Shown: piece after piece, positions 62,702 to 64,000 of the stretch | Layout of the letters: the number at the start of each line of letters is the position of its first letter | Position numbering within the stretch: the first letter of the stretch is position 1 | Assembly (NCBI GenBank): GCA_965219455.1 | Contig: OZ244744.1 | Coordinates: 576,001-640,000 of the forward strand | Length of the DNA stretch: 64,000 nucleotides | Direction of reading: 5' to 3' | From: Candidatus Latescibacterota bacterium | GTDB lineage: Bacteria; Latescibacterota; UBA2968; GCA-2709665 | Program-made: the position numbers and the translations under genes | The notes under the pieces: model-generated | Told to the model about the DNA's origin: nothing | Seen by the model: the letters and a program-made list of their open reading frames with translations, nothing else | The model's database searches: none

Positions 62702-63226
62702 ATGGGAAGCGGCGTTCCGGTTTTCTCTAATCAGTTGCAACTGCGTTTTCCGGATGCTCAGCGGGCGTATGAGGGACAGAAGATCGCGGTCCGCTGCGAA
62801 CAGTGCGGGAACCCGTTCGGCGTCCCGCACTGGTTTGCCCGCGGGAAGGTGCGGCTTCACTTCTGCGGCAAAGCCTGCCTCGACGCGTGGACGTCGGTAC
62901 TTCCGGAAGTCGGGAACCGTCTGGTTTTGAGGGGACGCCCGGAATACAGGGGTGGAAACTGGAAGGTGCAGACTGCGCTGGCGAGAGAACGCGACGGCTT
63001 TCGCTGCAGGAATTGCGGGGTTACCGAAGAGACGCTGGGCAGGCAACTGGACGTGCATCACAAAACGCCCGTCCGGCTTTTTGCTTCGGCCGCGGCCGCC
63101 AACCGGCTGGACAATCTGATCTCGGTCTGCGCGTCGTGCCACAAACGCCTGGAAGACAGGATGGGCGACGAACTTCCTCTCTTCCACGCTGTGAGGCATC
63201 CCGGTCAGCGGCCGGATCGCGGATGA
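62702..63226 (+). CDS. HNH endonuclease with N-terminal Cys-rich module
   Basis: CEQCG..FCGKAC; RERD..CRNCG..DVHH..NLISVCASCH; start uncertain. Confidence 0.8.
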   Translation: MGSGVPVFSNQLQLRFPDAQRAYEGQKIAVRCEQCGNPFGVPHWFARGKVRLHFCGKACLDAWTSVLPEVGNRLVLRGRPEYRGGNWKVQTALARERDGFRCRNCGVTEETLGRQLDVHHKTPVRLFASAAAANRLDNLISVCASCHKRLEDRMGDELPLFHAVRHPGQRPDRG

Positions 63227-63249
63227 CGCGCAAACTTGGACATACAGCG

Positions 63250-64000
63250 CTAAACCGCGTTCTTCTCTCCGAACAGGCGTTCACAGACCTTGGCGGCGCG
63301 TTCCTGATAACCGTCGGGGACAAAGACGTAGAGTTTCCAGAGCCGTTCGTACTGGTCCTCCACCGCCTTCACGTCGAACGGCGGACTGTCGAGCGGTTCG
63401 TTCAGGCGACGGACGCCGTCTTTGGTTTTCGTGAAGACCCTGGCCTCCTTGATGGAGGAAATGTCCGGGCAGTACAGGATAACCTGGTCGGGTTCGACGA
63501 CGATGGCGTCGGCGATTTCGCGTTCGACGCGCTGCCTGGATTCCACGGACCTGTTGTAGGAGGCGATCAGTTCATCCCGGGCGCGCCTTCCGATTTCGCC
63601 GGTGGACAGCACGTATGCGCGCTTCAGCAGATTGCGGTAGACCACACCCCGGACCAGACGATCGATAGGTTCATCCTTCCTCGCGGTGAGGGACCGAAGA
63701 AGGGCGCCGTCCGTAAGATGGTAGATATCCTCCTGCCGCAGGCCCTGCTGGACGGCCAGTTCCACGGCTTTGGCAATCATGGCGCCGGATGCGATCTTCG
63801 CGTGGTGAAAATAGACGCGTTCGGTCAGGAAATAGCGCAGCCGCAGGAGATGGAGCAGTTCCGTCCGGGTGCTGAGTTTCTCCAGGTTGATGGCGAGCTT
63901 GTTGTCGGCAACCGTGAAGGTGCTTAGAATGCGGTCGTCGTAATCGTGTTTCAATCCCGCGAAATAGGCGTCGCGGCGAAGGTAGTCGAGCAGGTCCGCA
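63250..64000 (-). CDS. HD-domain phosphohydrolase (dNTPase-like), partial at the window edge
   Basis: ADLLDYLRRDAYFAG and VYFHH motifs. Confidence 0.8.
   Translation of the reverse strand, partial: ADLLDYLRRDAYFAGLKHDYDDRILSTFTVADNKLAINLEKLSTRTELLHLLRLRYFLTERVYFHHAKIASGAMIAKAVELAVQQGLRQEDIYHLTDGALLRSLTARKDEPIDRLVRGVVYRNLLKRAYVLSTGEIGRRARDELIASYNRSVESRQRVEREIADAIVVEPDQVILYCPDISSIKEARVFTKTKDGVRRLNEPLDSPPFDVKAVEDQYERLWKLYVFVPDGYQERAAKVCERLFGEKNAV

Overview
Bacterial chromosomal window in two parts. About 1-19 kb is an accessory region of visibly lower GC. It holds a run of candidate anti-phage genes (Schlafen/AlbA_2, DUF3644, FRG-TPR split by an IS1380, a HEPN-like protein, a SIR2-NDT/TIR-like-HEPN fusion), two copies of an AhpD-like CxxU selenoprotein gene (one truncated, one intact with a SECIS-like hairpin), toxin-antitoxin genes, a complete group II intron and a second IS1380. 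About ten copies of a 9-bp-period repeat (ATCCTGTnn-ATCCTGTnn-ATCCATGT) punctuate 9-19 kb. The intron sits inside one copy, and its predicted EBS1 (CATGGAT) is the exact complement of the conserved repeat core. The second IS1380 and a 33-bp palindrome have also inserted at or into copies of this repeat. About 19-64 kb is GC-rich core/metabolic DNA: cysK, radC, a HAD-YvcK fusion, comF, pfk-gap-pgk-tpiA-secG-tRNA-Leu, catabolic enzymes, an RND efflux operon, BlaI/M56, TlpA, TonB, glycosidase-like proteins, HNH and a partial HD protein. All family calls come from motif recognition by eye; no searches were run.
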